IMG/VR virus record: IMGVR_UViG_3300010430_000005
Location: 83,467-147,466 of that record
Reading direction: 5' to 3' (one strand)
DNA from: a virus
Taxonomy: Duplodnaviria; Heunggongvirae; Uroviricota; Caudoviricetes
Length of the DNA: 64,000 bases
Below, piece by piece: positions 1 to 8,547 of the stretch (position 1 is the stretch's first letter; each line of letters begins with the position of its first letter). The translations under genes and the position numbers were made by a program. The notes under the pieces were generated by a model. It did not search any database. It was not told the DNA's origin and was given only the letters and a program-made list of their open reading frames with translations.

Positions 1-26
1 AAACTAAGTTCTCGAAAACGAAAGGT

Positions 27-458
27 ATGGGTGTTTTTGCAGCATCGTTGGTTGCCTTGTTTGTAATAGTGAATATGGGTTTCATTGTTAAAGACTTTGC
101 TATCTATGCTTTTACTATGCAACGTGATGAAGTTGTGTATTTGTCAAATGCGCAAGAAATTGATCCAGACAATAACATTCACTCTGTTCAAGGATGCATT
201 GTAGAAGTTCAAGAGGATGGTGGATTTAGTTGTTCAACTGAAAACAGTTTGTATTTCCGCATTGACCCAACTCTATTCTCGCAACTGTGGTATATTACAA
301 ATCGTGGAGATTTTTTCTATCCTGATTATATTGCTGCAACAATTGCACCAGGGTGGCAAGAATGCACAATCACAAGTTACGGGTTCCGAGCAAAATTGTT
401 TATTCGTCGTTTGGAAATCTATCCAGAACTTCTAAGTGTAGATTGCCAGAGAATTTAA
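27..458 (+). CDS. hypothetical protein with N-terminal hydrophobic segment
   Basis: 143-aa ORF with GAAAGG SD; hydrophobic N-terminus. Confidence 0.7.
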   Translation: MGVFAASLVALFVIVNMGFIVKDFAIYAFTMQRDEVVYLSNAQEIDPDNNIHSVQGCIVEVQEDGGFSCSTENSLYFRIDPTLFSQLWYITNRGDFFYPDYIAATIAPGWQECTITSYGFRAKLFIRRLEIYPELLSVDCQRI

Positions 459-461
459 TAG

Positions 462-499
462 AATGGGGTGTTGACAACAGCACCCCATTTTGTTATTGT
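462..499 (+). promoter_or_regulatory. sigma70-like early promoter with -35 in the loop of a 9-bp inverted repeat
   Basis: TTGACA 471-476, 17-nt spacer, TATTGT; arms 462-470/481-489. Confidence 0.7.
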
Positions 500-523
500 G
501 ATTCTGTAATAAGGAGTTCTGAT

Positions 524-649
524 ATGAACAAACAGTATCAAGTAGTGGTAAAAAATTCTGCGGATAATAGTTTTATTGCAGAATATGAGCGGTCTGATGC
601 AGAATGGAACGCTCGGATTACCAAATTGGAACAGAGGATGGGCAGGTAA
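524..649 (+). CDS. small hypothetical protein
   Basis: AAGGAG SD then ATG at 524; stop overlaps next ATG. Confidence 0.65.
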   Translation: MNKQYQVVVKNSADNSFIAEYERSDAEWNARITKLEQRMGR

Positions 650-1047
650 TGACTAAAATCAACCATCACCGCAAGAATAAATCAAAAGTAGATCGTCGTT
701 ATCCAAGTGAACAATATCACAATGGATATGCGCGGCATGATAGCAAAGCATCTTTTGCCGATGGTGAGTTGATAGAACCAAATGGTGTGGATGAAAAACA
801 AGAAAATGCAAATGGTCGAGTAGGACGCACTGGTTATCTTGACAAATCAATGCATGGTTGGGGTGATAAATCAGAATTTTCTGATAGGTCTTTTGGTGCC
901 AGCATTGGTAATGATTTTACAAATGGTCATCGTGGAATGGCAAAAGCAGTTCGTGGTGCTAAGAAATATGTTCGCTCTCGCAAACGCTTTCATGATAAAG
1001 CAACACTGAAACGACTTGTTAATAATGGAGATTATGATGATGCTTAA
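649..1047 (+). CDS. basic hypothetical phage protein
   Basis: TAATG coupling; ORF MTKINHHRKNK... Confidence 0.75.
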   Translation: MTKINHHRKNKSKVDRRYPSEQYHNGYARHDSKASFADGELIEPNGVDEKQENANGRVGRTGYLDKSMHGWGDKSEFSDRSFGASIGNDFTNGHRGMAKAVRGAKKYVRSRKRFHDKATLKRLVNNGDYDDA

Positions 1048-2062
1048 GACGGGAATCACTATCGGAAAATTCATGCCGCTTCATCGCGGGCATGAACTTA
1101 TGATTGATTTTGCGTCTTCAATGACAGACCTTCTTTATGTATTGGTATCAGGCAAAGAAACTGATACCATTCCTTTAACTGCACGATATGACTGGGTATG
1201 GGATTATGTCAACAAAAATAATCTACAAAATGTAGAAGTAATTTATCATATTGACGAATCACCAGAACCAGTAAATGTTGATGAAAATGGAACGGTTCTT
1301 GATCCAGAATTTCAAGAATACTGGAAAAATGAATTTGCACGTATGGCACCACATGCTACTCACTTTGTGTCTAGTGATATGTATGGTAAAACTATGGCAG
1401 ACCTTCTTGGTATCAAATGGTTGCCAGTTGATCCAAAGCGTGAAATGGTAAACATTAGTGGGACAGAAATTCGTAATGATCCAGTGACATTTTTCAATTA
1501 TATTTCAGATGTAGCAAAACCATATTTCATCAAGAAAATTGCGATTGTTGGTCCTGAAAGTAGTGGAAAATCTACTATGATTGAGGGACTTGCAGATCAT
1601 TTTGGTTCCGAAATTGTCAATGAATATGGTCGCACTCTTAGTGAAGTCAAAGGCAATGATATGACAAAGGAAGACTTTTTAGATATCATGAATGGACAAC
1701 AAGCACTAATTGACATAGTATCGAATAAAGCAATGTCTCCTTTTGTGTTTATCGACACAGAAGCATACACAACATATCTATTTTCAAAGATTTATCTTGG
1801 CGAACACATGGATGAAATCTTGGAATTTGGACATGAACAAGATATTGACCATTATATTGTTCTTTCACCAGATGTTGAATGGGTAGATGATGGAACAAGG
1901 GTTCTTGGTGAACAAGATAAACGACAAGAATTTTTTCAACAAATGATTGATATCCTCACAAAACAGAATAAATCGTTTGATGTTGTAGAAAGCACTGATT
2001 ATCGTGAACGTTTTTGGGGAGCAGTTGATGTAGTCAACTATGCTAAATTGTCGAGTAATTAA
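1037..2062 (+). CDS. nadR: NadR-like bifunctional NMN adenylyltransferase / ribosylnicotinamide kinase
   Basis: GKFMPLHRGH (HxGH) N-domain; Walker A GPESSGKST, EYGR and FIDTE in C-domain; no HTH. Confidence 0.92.
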   Translation: MMLKTGITIGKFMPLHRGHELMIDFASSMTDLLYVLVSGKETDTIPLTARYDWVWDYVNKNNLQNVEVIYHIDESPEPVNVDENGTVLDPEFQEYWKNEFARMAPHATHFVSSDMYGKTMADLLGIKWLPVDPKREMVNISGTEIRNDPVTFFNYISDVAKPYFIKKIAIVGPESSGKSTMIEGLADHFGSEIVNEYGRTLSEVKGNDMTKEDFLDIMNGQQALIDIVSNKAMSPFVFIDTEAYTTYLFSKIYLGEHMDEILEFGHEQDIDHYIVLSPDVEWVDDGTRVLGEQDKRQEFFQQMIDILTKQNKSFDVVESTDYRERFWGAVDVVNYAKLSSN

Positions 2063-2063
2063 A

Positions 2064-2228
2064 ATGTATGTATATAAACAGTTGACACGAACACAAAAAG
2101 GTGTTATTGAAGAAACGTACTTGGTTTTGTACATATCAGAATTAGATGTGGAGCATACAATTTCTTTGCGAGAACTTGCCAGCGAATTGAAACCGTTTCT
2201 TGATGAAATCGAAAAGGAAAATAAATGA
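2064..2228 (+). CDS. small hypothetical protein
   Basis: ORF coupled to both neighbours. Confidence 0.6.
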   Translation: MYVYKQLTRTQKGVIEETYLVLYISELDVEHTISLRELASELKPFLDEIEKENK

Positions 2229-2623
2229 ACTATCCTGCAACTACAGAACAAGTAAAAGTAGTGTACAACAACTGTTATGGTGGTTTCGGTCTTTCTCATA
2301 ATGCAATTTTGCGTCTTGCTGAATTAAAAGGCGTAAAAGTTCATCCACAGAAACTTATGACTGACTGTTACGTTTATTGGTTGGAACCGCTTGCAAAAAA
2401 TGAAAACCGCAAAAACGGACCTACTTTTGATGTCGAAAAATTATCTCGTAATGATAAAGATTTGGTTCGCGTTGTGGAAGAAATGGGTTGCGAAGCAAAC
2501 GGAATCTGTGCTAAACTCGCAATAGAAACAATGAATAAAGGAACGTTGTATCGAATCAGCGAATATGATGGCAATGAGAGCGTTGTATGTCATTATGACG
2601 ATGTTTGGTCAGTAGCGGAGTAA
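2225..2623 (+). CDS. conserved phage hypothetical protein
   Basis: YNNCYGGFGLS...YRISEYDGNESV pattern familiar from many myophages. Confidence 0.8.
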   Translation: MNYPATTEQVKVVYNNCYGGFGLSHNAILRLAELKGVKVHPQKLMTDCYVYWLEPLAKNENRKNGPTFDVEKLSRNDKDLVRVVEEMGCEANGICAKLAIETMNKGTLYRISEYDGNESVVCHYDDVWSVAE

Positions 2624-2627
2624 GAAA

Positions 2628-2774
2628 ATGAAAAAGTATATTGTAAGCGTTTTCGTGAATTTTGATATTGTAAAAAGATATGTGATTGAAAGTATTGAAA
2701 TTGCAGAAATGCTAAAAGAAGAAATTACTGACGATATCACAGACGTTTGTATCCATGAAGTGAAAGTAGGATAA
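2628..2774 (+). CDS. small hypothetical protein
   Basis: 48-aa ORF filling the gap between genes. Confidence 0.55.
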   Translation: MKKYIVSVFVNFDIVKRYVIESIEIAEMLKEEITDDITDVCIHEVKVG

Positions 2775-2775
2775 T

Positions 2776-3767
2776 ATGGGTTGTTGGAACGGGACTTGTG
2801 GGCTTAGTGGTCTACCAATCATTCACGGCGAAGAAATGTATGTATTCCCAATTGTGGAATCATATCGGGATAGTTTTTGCTATTCAACTGCACTATATCG
2901 CCCTAGCGTGGTGCCATTCCGCGCAGAATATAATGACTATGGTGCTGGTGAAAAATGCAGTGGTCCTGCACTAGAATTGCTCATTGATGGCATTCGCGAA
3001 AAACTTGTTGAAATGGAAGTTGGCGAAAATCAATATCATGATATTGCAGTAAAACGTGAAGGGTTTGATGTTGATATGTTCTTTGAAGCATGTCATGAAA
3101 AACGTCTTCGTTTTGTAAATCCAATGCGCGGATACAAAGATCAACCACAAACCAAAGATGTGTTTTTCACAATGGTTCGCAAAGATGTTGTAGATCGTTT
3201 GTGGAATGAATGGACTTTTGATATGTGGAAAGGTTCTGATGGTGATGTTCCAGATGGATTCGAAAGTGACCAATATTATATCAAGAATGTGACTTATGCA
3301 AAACTTGCTGAATTGATTCCTGAGTATATGGAACAAATGGCAGGAAAGGATAGTCCATATAAAAAGCACTTGAAGGCATTGATGACGCAGATAAACTAGA
3401 ACGAATGAAAGATTTTTATATTCGTCATACATTCTTTGAAGGATATCGCGAACATATTCTTTCTGGTTCATTTGGTCATGCATTTTGTGGCGGTTATGCT
3501 GGTGGCGGTTTCGCTTCTATTGCAAATATCAAGGATAAAATTCTTGATGAATATCTTGACGGTGACAAAGAAGTGGCATATGAACTTATGCGGGAAGCAC
3601 TAGTGGGTATCATGGTCAATAGTTTTATGGAATCAACCCGTAAAGTCTGGTTGCCACCTATGCACCAAGGTTCGCAAAGTGAATGCTATAAAGAATACCG
3701 TCTGATGAACAGCATCACTACTGATATTATGGACGCACGCGAAAAGGAATATGAGTGGGATGAATAA
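2776..3767 (+). pseudogene. conserved phage protein (MGCWNGTCGLS... YNDYG type) with one frameshift near 3378
   Basis: ORFs 2776-3399 and 3405-3767 join by a 1-nt shift (...KA/DDADKLERMKDF); real lesion or sequence error. Confidence 0.7.
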
Positions 3768-3981
3768 AGAAAAAGTATATACCAGTCTTTGGAAAATCTT
3801 TGTAGCAGTAGCAGTATTCTTATTCTTCTACCTATTTTCGGCATCTGACCATCAGAATTCACATGCGTTAGCTTGTGCTTTGGTCGCTGTGATGGCACTG
3901 GGACTGTCAGAGTTGGTTGGTTGTGTTTTTGCACTAATCTACCAAGGATACAAGTATATATCTTCGCGTATGTCCGCTTAA
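3760..3981 (+). CDS. small membrane protein
   Basis: two hydrophobic segments. Confidence 0.65.
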   Translation: MNKEKVYTSLWKIFVAVAVFLFFYLFSASDHQNSHALACALVAVMALGLSELVGCVFALIYQGYKYISSRMSA

Positions 3982-4043
3982 TAGTTTACAACCAACAAAA
4001 TATGCTATAATATGACTACATAAACTTAACAAGGAGAACTAAA

Positions 4044-4436
4044 ATGAAAACGACGACTCTTATCGCCGCGATTGCAGCAACAATGATGGCAACTGGTGTC
4101 ATTGCACAAACATCTACAACATATGTTCAGACAGCAGGAACGGCTGGCGCGGCAGCATCGGCGTCTCACACATCTAGTCGTTCTAGTGTAGGTGGTTCAG
4201 CACGTGGCGAATACAGTGTCGAAAATTTCAGTGGAGCGTCTAATATCAGCGGCGCGGCAGTGACACGCGAACGCCAAGGAGATACTTTTATCGGTGTTAC
4301 TGAAACGTGGAGCGATGGGCGAGATTATTCTAGTACCCTGAATAACGGAGGAACCGGATATGCAAATGCCAGTCAGTCCGGTAGCGCAGCAGCGTCCTAT
4401 TACCGCACAATGCCTTCTTGGACTTGGAACAACTAA
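4044..4436 (+). CDS. exported Ser/Gly/Ala/Thr-rich protein
   Basis: signal peptide MKTTTLIAAIAATMMATGVIA; AAGGAG SD; own promoter-like element upstream. Confidence 0.8.
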   Translation: MKTTTLIAAIAATMMATGVIAQTSTTYVQTAGTAGAAASASHTSSRSSVGGSARGEYSVENFSGASNISGAAVTRERQGDTFIGVTETWSDGRDYSSTLNNGGTGYANASQSGSAAASYYRTMPSWTWNN

Positions 4437-4442
4437 AATCCG

Positions 4443-4482
4443 CACAAAGGCTATTTACATGTTATAGCCTTTGTGTTAAATT
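4443..4482 (+). promoter_or_regulatory. sigma70-like promoter with -35 at the loop of a 12-bp inverted repeat
   Basis: arms 4443-4454/4464-4475; TTTACA 4454-4459, 17 nt, TGnTAAATT. Confidence 0.7.
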
Positions 4483-4516
4483 CTTTGTATCGCAGAATCA
4501 AAACGGAAATACGGTT

Positions 4517-5104
4517 ATGAAACTTCTCACCGCACTTTTTATTTTTTCTTCTTCAGCAGTAGCAGCACAGACTAGCGACAGTGCATCCAACAGCCAATCC
4601 AATTCGGGTGTTGTTTTTGGAGACAGTTATGCTGTCCAGCAAGCGCCCAGTGCAGTGTCGCCAGGAATCATGCATACTGCACCGTGTATCGTTGGCTCAA
4701 GTGCAGGCATTGGCATCCCAGGTATCGGATTGTCTGGTGGCAGTGGCCGCCTTGAAAACGAATGTAATACTCGTGAAGAAATCAAGACCCTTACCATTTT
4801 GCTAAATCAGCCACCAAGTGTTGCTAAGACAGCAGCAATCTTACACTATTGCAACAATGATGACAGCATTCGGAAGACTCTTGTTCAAATGGGCATCTGC
4901 GCGAAAAAGACTCGCATCGTAAATTATTCTGTAAAAACTAGGCCACAGAATGTTAAATATGTGAATCCATATACGTTCCAAATCTGCAAAGATGCTGGCC
5001 ATGGGCGTATCGCTTATTATCCTGACACGAAACTTGCTCGTAAAGAGTGCAGGGATTTTATTAAAAGAAACCCTGGCGCAAACATTGACACGATCAATCG
5101 TTGA
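4517..5104 (+). CDS. exported Cys-containing phage protein (APSAVSPG..PC type)
   Basis: signal peptide MKLLTALFIFSSSAVAA; likely start 4517. Confidence 0.75.
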   Translation: MKLLTALFIFSSSAVAAQTSDSASNSQSNSGVVFGDSYAVQQAPSAVSPGIMHTAPCIVGSSAGIGIPGIGLSGGSGRLENECNTREEIKTLTILLNQPPSVAKTAAILHYCNNDDSIRKTLVQMGICAKKTRIVNYSVKTRPQNVKYVNPYTFQICKDAGHGRIAYYPDTKLARKECRDFIKRNPGANIDTINR

Positions 5105-5197
5105 ACATATAGTAGCAGAAAAGAGGGGTTTACATGCTCTTCTTTATAATATATTATCTTAAATATAAGAAAATACAAACGCTAAGGAGTTTAGCAA

Positions 5198-5623
5198 ATG
5201 TCCAATAAGTTCAAAGTCGGCCAAAAAGTCATCACTAAAGATCATCAAGAAGATGGTACGGTCGTAAAAGTAATTCAACATGATATGGGCCGTTGTGATT
5301 ACAAAGTCCTTTTGGACCGTTTTGCTGATACCGATTCTGTTGATGCAGACGGTAATCCTGTGGGAGTGTTTACCTATTTCGAGAGTGATCTAGAAAAATG
5401 GAAATCCCGACGGTTTAGAGTTGATGGGAATCATTATATGCAAATGTACGATGATCCGCAAGGAACTGGAGGTGAACGACTTCGCCAAGGTACGTGGGGT
5501 GTCCGTGATACACTAACCGACCAAATCGTGTTCTATATTACCAGCGGCGCTGCTAAACTTATCGCACAAGAGGTCTGTAAAGCAATGGATGAAAAAACCC
5601 TGTTGGGTGATTTTGCGGAATAA
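5198..5623 (+). CDS. hypothetical protein with SH3/KOW-like N-terminus
   Basis: KFKVGQKV...GTVVKV pattern; TTTACA-17-TATTAT promoter at 5129-5157. Confidence 0.7.
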   Translation: MSNKFKVGQKVITKDHQEDGTVVKVIQHDMGRCDYKVLLDRFADTDSVDADGNPVGVFTYFESDLEKWKSRRFRVDGNHYMQMYDDPQGTGGERLRQGTWGVRDTLTDQIVFYITSGAAKLIAQEVCKAMDEKTLLGDFAE

Positions 5624-5634
5624 GGAGGAACAAT

Positions 5635-6486
5635 ATGACAACTTTTGATTTTCAAGATGGTAACGGACCGTTGCCTGCCCATCAACACCCTAATGGCGGC
5701 GGCTGGGTAGCAGATACTGCAACTGTTGCGAAAACAGCCTATATAGGATCATGTGCTCGTGTCTCTGGCAATGCTCGTGTCTCTGACAATGCTTGTGTCT
5801 CTGGCAATGCTCGTGTCTCTGGCAATGCTTGTGTCTCTGGCAATGCTTGTGTCTCTGGCAATGCTCGTGTCTCTGGCAATACTTGGGTCTCTGGAAGTGC
5901 TCGTGTCTCTGGCATTGCTCGTGTCTCTGGCATTGCTCGTGTCTCTGGAAGTGCTCGTGTCTCTGGCAATGCTCGTGTCTCTGGCAATACTTGGGTCTCT
6001 GGCATTGCTCGTGTCTCTGGCAATACTTGGGTCTCTGGAAGTGCTCGTGTCTCTGACAATGCTTGTGTCTCTGGCAATGCTCGTGTCTCTGGCAATACTT
6101 GGGTCTCTGGAAGTGCTCGTGTCTCTGACAATGCTTGTGTCTCTGGCATTGCTCGTGTCTCTGGAAGTGCTATTATCGAAGACTCTAAGTTCCCGCAAAT
6201 TAAACGCTCTGATGGGTATGATTTTATTGCAGTTCCCTGTTCTGATGGCAAGACGCGAGTAATTGCCGGATGTCGCTACTTCACATTTAAAGAAGCTAAA
6301 AAGCATTGGGAAAAAACACGTGGCGGTACGCCTCTTGGCGATGAAACCATGGCAATTCTTAAATCTCTAAAAATTATGTTGAAGACATACAATGGCATCT
6401 ATCCAAATACAAAAGAGGCAAAGGATTCTTGCCGCGATTATATTCGCAAAAACCCTGGAGCAAATATAGACCTGACCAAGGGTTGA
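5635..6486 (+). CDS. left-handed beta-helix (hexapeptide repeat) protein
   Basis: 23 xxVSGN-type hexapeptides; N-term HQHPNGGGWVA; C-term GCRYFT..A..HW. Confidence 0.85.
   Translation: MTTFDFQDGNGPLPAHQHPNGGGWVADTATVAKTAYIGSCARVSGNARVSDNACVSGNARVSGNACVSGNACVSGNARVSGNTWVSGSARVSGIARVSGIARVSGSARVSGNARVSGNTWVSGIARVSGNTWVSGSARVSDNACVSGNARVSGNTWVSGSARVSDNACVSGIARVSGSAIIEDSKFPQIKRSDGYDFIAVPCSDGKTRVIAGCRYFTFKEAKKHWEKTRGGTPLGDETMAILKSLKIMLKTYNGIYPNTKEAKDSCRDYIRKNPGANIDLTKG
5755..6168 (+). repeat. 18-bp tandem array, 23 units
   Basis: (gctcgt/gcttgt/acttgg)gtctct(ggc/gga/gac)(aat/att/agt). Confidence 0.95.
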
Positions 6487-6500
6487 GTTTGTAATCAAAG

Positions 6501-6641
6501 ATGAACCAAATGCCCACATATTTTCAAAATCTAGTTGACAAAAATGTTAGAAATCAACTCTGGGATCAAGTCTCGGATTCAAGTCCGGGATCAAGTCCGG
6601 GATCAAGTCCGGGATCAAGTCGTGTATCAAGCATGATGTGA
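6501..6641 (+). pseudogene. short frameshifted copy of the xxQV-repeat ORF at 8121
   Basis: 6526-6573 identical to 8134-8181 (48 bp); extra C at 6574 shifts WIQVRDQV into SSPG. Confidence 0.8.
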
Positions 6642-6702
6642 ATTACCGATTCCCTCTTGACACGACTCGGCAAATCATATATAACAAACAGGAGAAAATG
6701 CT

Positions 6703-7074
6703 ATGAACATGAACATCATCGGTGCACAAGGCGAACTTCGTATATACAAAGTCGCATATCTGCCTGAAGGCATCGGCAACAACCGCCCCAATAAGAATGG
6801 TGATGGTGCGTTTATTCTCGCACACAGCGAAAAGGGTCATCACCACGTAATCGGCGGCGATGTGGATGTTATCGAACACGTCCAAACCAAAAAAATCAAC
6901 GGAAACACCTTGGCAATGCGCACGTTGTATGCTATTGTCAACGAGCCGACGAGGATTCATCAGACTGCGGCAACTCCTCACGAAGACATTTTTCTGGACC
7001 AAGGAGTATATGCAATCAAGACGGATATGGAATACAATCCGTTTGCTGACGAAATCCGCGAAGTGCAGGACTGA
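6703..7074 (+). CDS. small partner protein of DUF6745-type genes (QGE..LAHSEKGHHH)
   Basis: AQGEL and LAHSEKGHHHVI motifs; TTGACA-17-TATAAC promoter upstream. Confidence 0.75.
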   Translation: MNMNIIGAQGELRIYKVAYLPEGIGNNRPNKNGDGAFILAHSEKGHHHVIGGDVDVIEHVQTKKINGNTLAMRTLYAIVNEPTRIHQTAATPHEDIFLDQGVYAIKTDMEYNPFADEIREVQD

Positions 7075-7113
7075 GCTTTTGCTCAGTCCACTAAAATACT
7101 AACCCAACCCTAA

Positions 7114-8103
7114 ATGAGATATATCATGAACAAAATTGAAAGCCTGACTCAAGATCAAATCGACCTCCTGCCAGCACAGGCTCAAAAGTGGATCAACTAC
7201 GGGCTGGATACTTCGCCTCTTGTACTGTCAGATATCAAAAAAGCATGTGCTAAGGTGTATGGTGCTGCAAACATGGAAGCCCCAAAATTTTATCTCTTTG
7301 CATCTGGCCCCAAAGAAGCTATGCAGTTTATCACCGTGGCCCCAAAAATCAATCTCACGAAGGAAGATTTTGAGCGAATCTCACAGGAAGGTGATATGGC
7401 TCTGACAGATGCGATCCGCGCGGAAATCAAGGAAAATTGCCTAGACGGTATCAAGTATGTCCGCGCTGGGATGTACGGTCAACACGATGCTGGATTCATT
7501 TCTTACTACGATTTCTTTCTTCAGGAATTTGGAATCGGCAAAGAAATGGAAGGGCTGATCGAATTGACAAAAAGTGCTGGCTGGGTCTGGTGTTTCGAAG
7601 ATTTGGTTATTGTCTCAGAAAAGCCAGTTACGCTGACGATGAACGGGCAAAATCAACTGCACAACGAAAAAAAGCCTGCGCTTGAGTATCGCGATGGTAC
7701 TAAGCTATACTGTTTCAATGGCGTGAGTCTGCCCGAAAAATGGGTTCTTGAACGGGAAACCATGGACCCTACTGAAATTCTGGAGTGTGAGGACACTGAT
7801 AAACGCGCGGCAGGGATTGCACTATATGGGTATGATCGCCTCAAATGTCAATTGGACTATAAGGTTATTGAAGGTGACCCTACTACCGATATTGGTGCTT
7901 TGGTGCAGATTTCCATTCCCGGTCTTATGCACCCTGGCCGTTTTCTTGAGGCAGTCTGCCCTCGCAATGGGCCTGTGTTCCTTGGAGTTCCATATAACAA
8001 CCCATGGGATGATGATCGCCCGATCAATACGGCTGTAGGGGCACAAGCGTTTTTGGCCGGGTTCCCGGAGAGTGCTTATCAGCATCCGCCTATTCGCACG
8101 TAA
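7114..8103 (+). CDS. DUF6745-like protein
   Basis: LTQDQIDLLP..KW N-term; GQHDAG..YYDFF, GWVWCFE, LHNEKKPALEYRDG..LY..NGV. Confidence 0.75.
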   Translation: MRYIMNKIESLTQDQIDLLPAQAQKWINYGLDTSPLVLSDIKKACAKVYGAANMEAPKFYLFASGPKEAMQFITVAPKINLTKEDFERISQEGDMALTDAIRAEIKENCLDGIKYVRAGMYGQHDAGFISYYDFFLQEFGIGKEMEGLIELTKSAGWVWCFEDLVIVSEKPVTLTMNGQNQLHNEKKPALEYRDGTKLYCFNGVSLPEKWVLERETMDPTEILECEDTDKRAAGIALYGYDRLKCQLDYKVIEGDPTTDIGALVQISIPGLMHPGRFLEAVCPRNGPVFLGVPYNNPWDDDRPINTAVGAQAFLAGFPESAYQHPPIRT

Positions 8104-8120
8104 TAAGAAAAGGAAATCAA

Positions 8121-8363
8121 ATGACCTACTTTGAAAATCTAGTTGACAAAAATGTTAGAAATCAACTCTGGGATCAAGTCTGGGATCAAGTCGAGGATCA
8201 AGTCGAGGATCAAGTCTGGATTCAAGTCAGGGATCAAGTCGTGGATCAAGTCGAGGATCAAGTCGAGGATCAAGTCTGGATTCAAGTCAGGGATCAAGTC
8301 GAGTATCAAGTCTGGGATCAAGTCAGGGATCAAGTCAGGGATCAAACTGTTCAATTATTCTGA
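8121..8363 (+). CDS. stand-alone xxQV tetrapeptide repeat protein
   Basis: AAGGAAA SD; 15 x 12-bp units WDQV/EDQV/RDQV. Confidence 0.8.
   Translation: MTYFENLVDKNVRNQLWDQVWDQVEDQVEDQVWIQVRDQVVDQVEDQVEDQVWIQVRDQVEYQVWDQVRDQVRDQTVQLF
8169..8348 (+). repeat. 12-bp tandem array, 15 units
   Basis: nnn(gat/att/tat)caagtc units. Confidence 0.95.
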
Positions 8364-8476
8364 TGCAAATTACTAAATCAACACCGTCTGACCCTATTCG
8401 ACTTGCGCCGGATGGCGATGAAGGATATCGCTCTGGTATTTACATTCCAAACTGCCGCGATTGGGACGGCTGTTAA
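8363..8476 (+). CDS. 37-aa peptide MQITKSTPSDPIRLAPDGDEGYRSGIYIPNCRDWDGC
   Basis: TGATG overlap with upstream stop; below ORF-track cut-off. Confidence 0.45.
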   Translation: MQITKSTPSDPIRLAPDGDEGYRSGIYIPNCRDWDGC

Positions 8477-8485
8477 ACATAACAC

Positions 8486-8514
8486 TTTACATGGCCCGAA
8501 GGCCATGTTATAAT
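8486..8514 (+). promoter_or_regulatory. sigma70-like promoter with 8-bp hairpin in the spacer
   Basis: TTTACA-17-TATAAT; acatggcc/ggccatgt. Confidence 0.8.
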
Positions 8515-8547
8515 AAATAACTATACATCAACTAAAGGAGTTTTAGG

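Noticed and set aside
5739-6306. Long alternative-frame and antisense ORFs (PETRAL, RDTSIA, LVSLAM, CLWQCS repeats)
   Set aside because: By-products of the stop-free 18-bp array; only the frame at 5635 has an SD and non-repeat flanks
6535-6563. TTGACA inside the 48-bp repeat as a promoter
   Set aside because: No -10-like hexamer at 16-18 nt
6526-8181. Diversity-generating retroelement template/variable repeat pair
   Set aside because: The 48-bp copies are identical, differences elsewhere are not adenine-specific, and no reverse transcriptase is in the window
5755-8348. CRISPR array
   Set aside because: Contiguous tandem units without unique spacers; no cas genes (the Cas4-like nuclease at 42227 is a common stand-alone phage exonuclease)
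8139-8376. Alternative ORFs over the 12-bp array (LIPD, SGIK repeats)
   Set aside because: Same artefact; the xxQV frame has the SD and a paralogous copy
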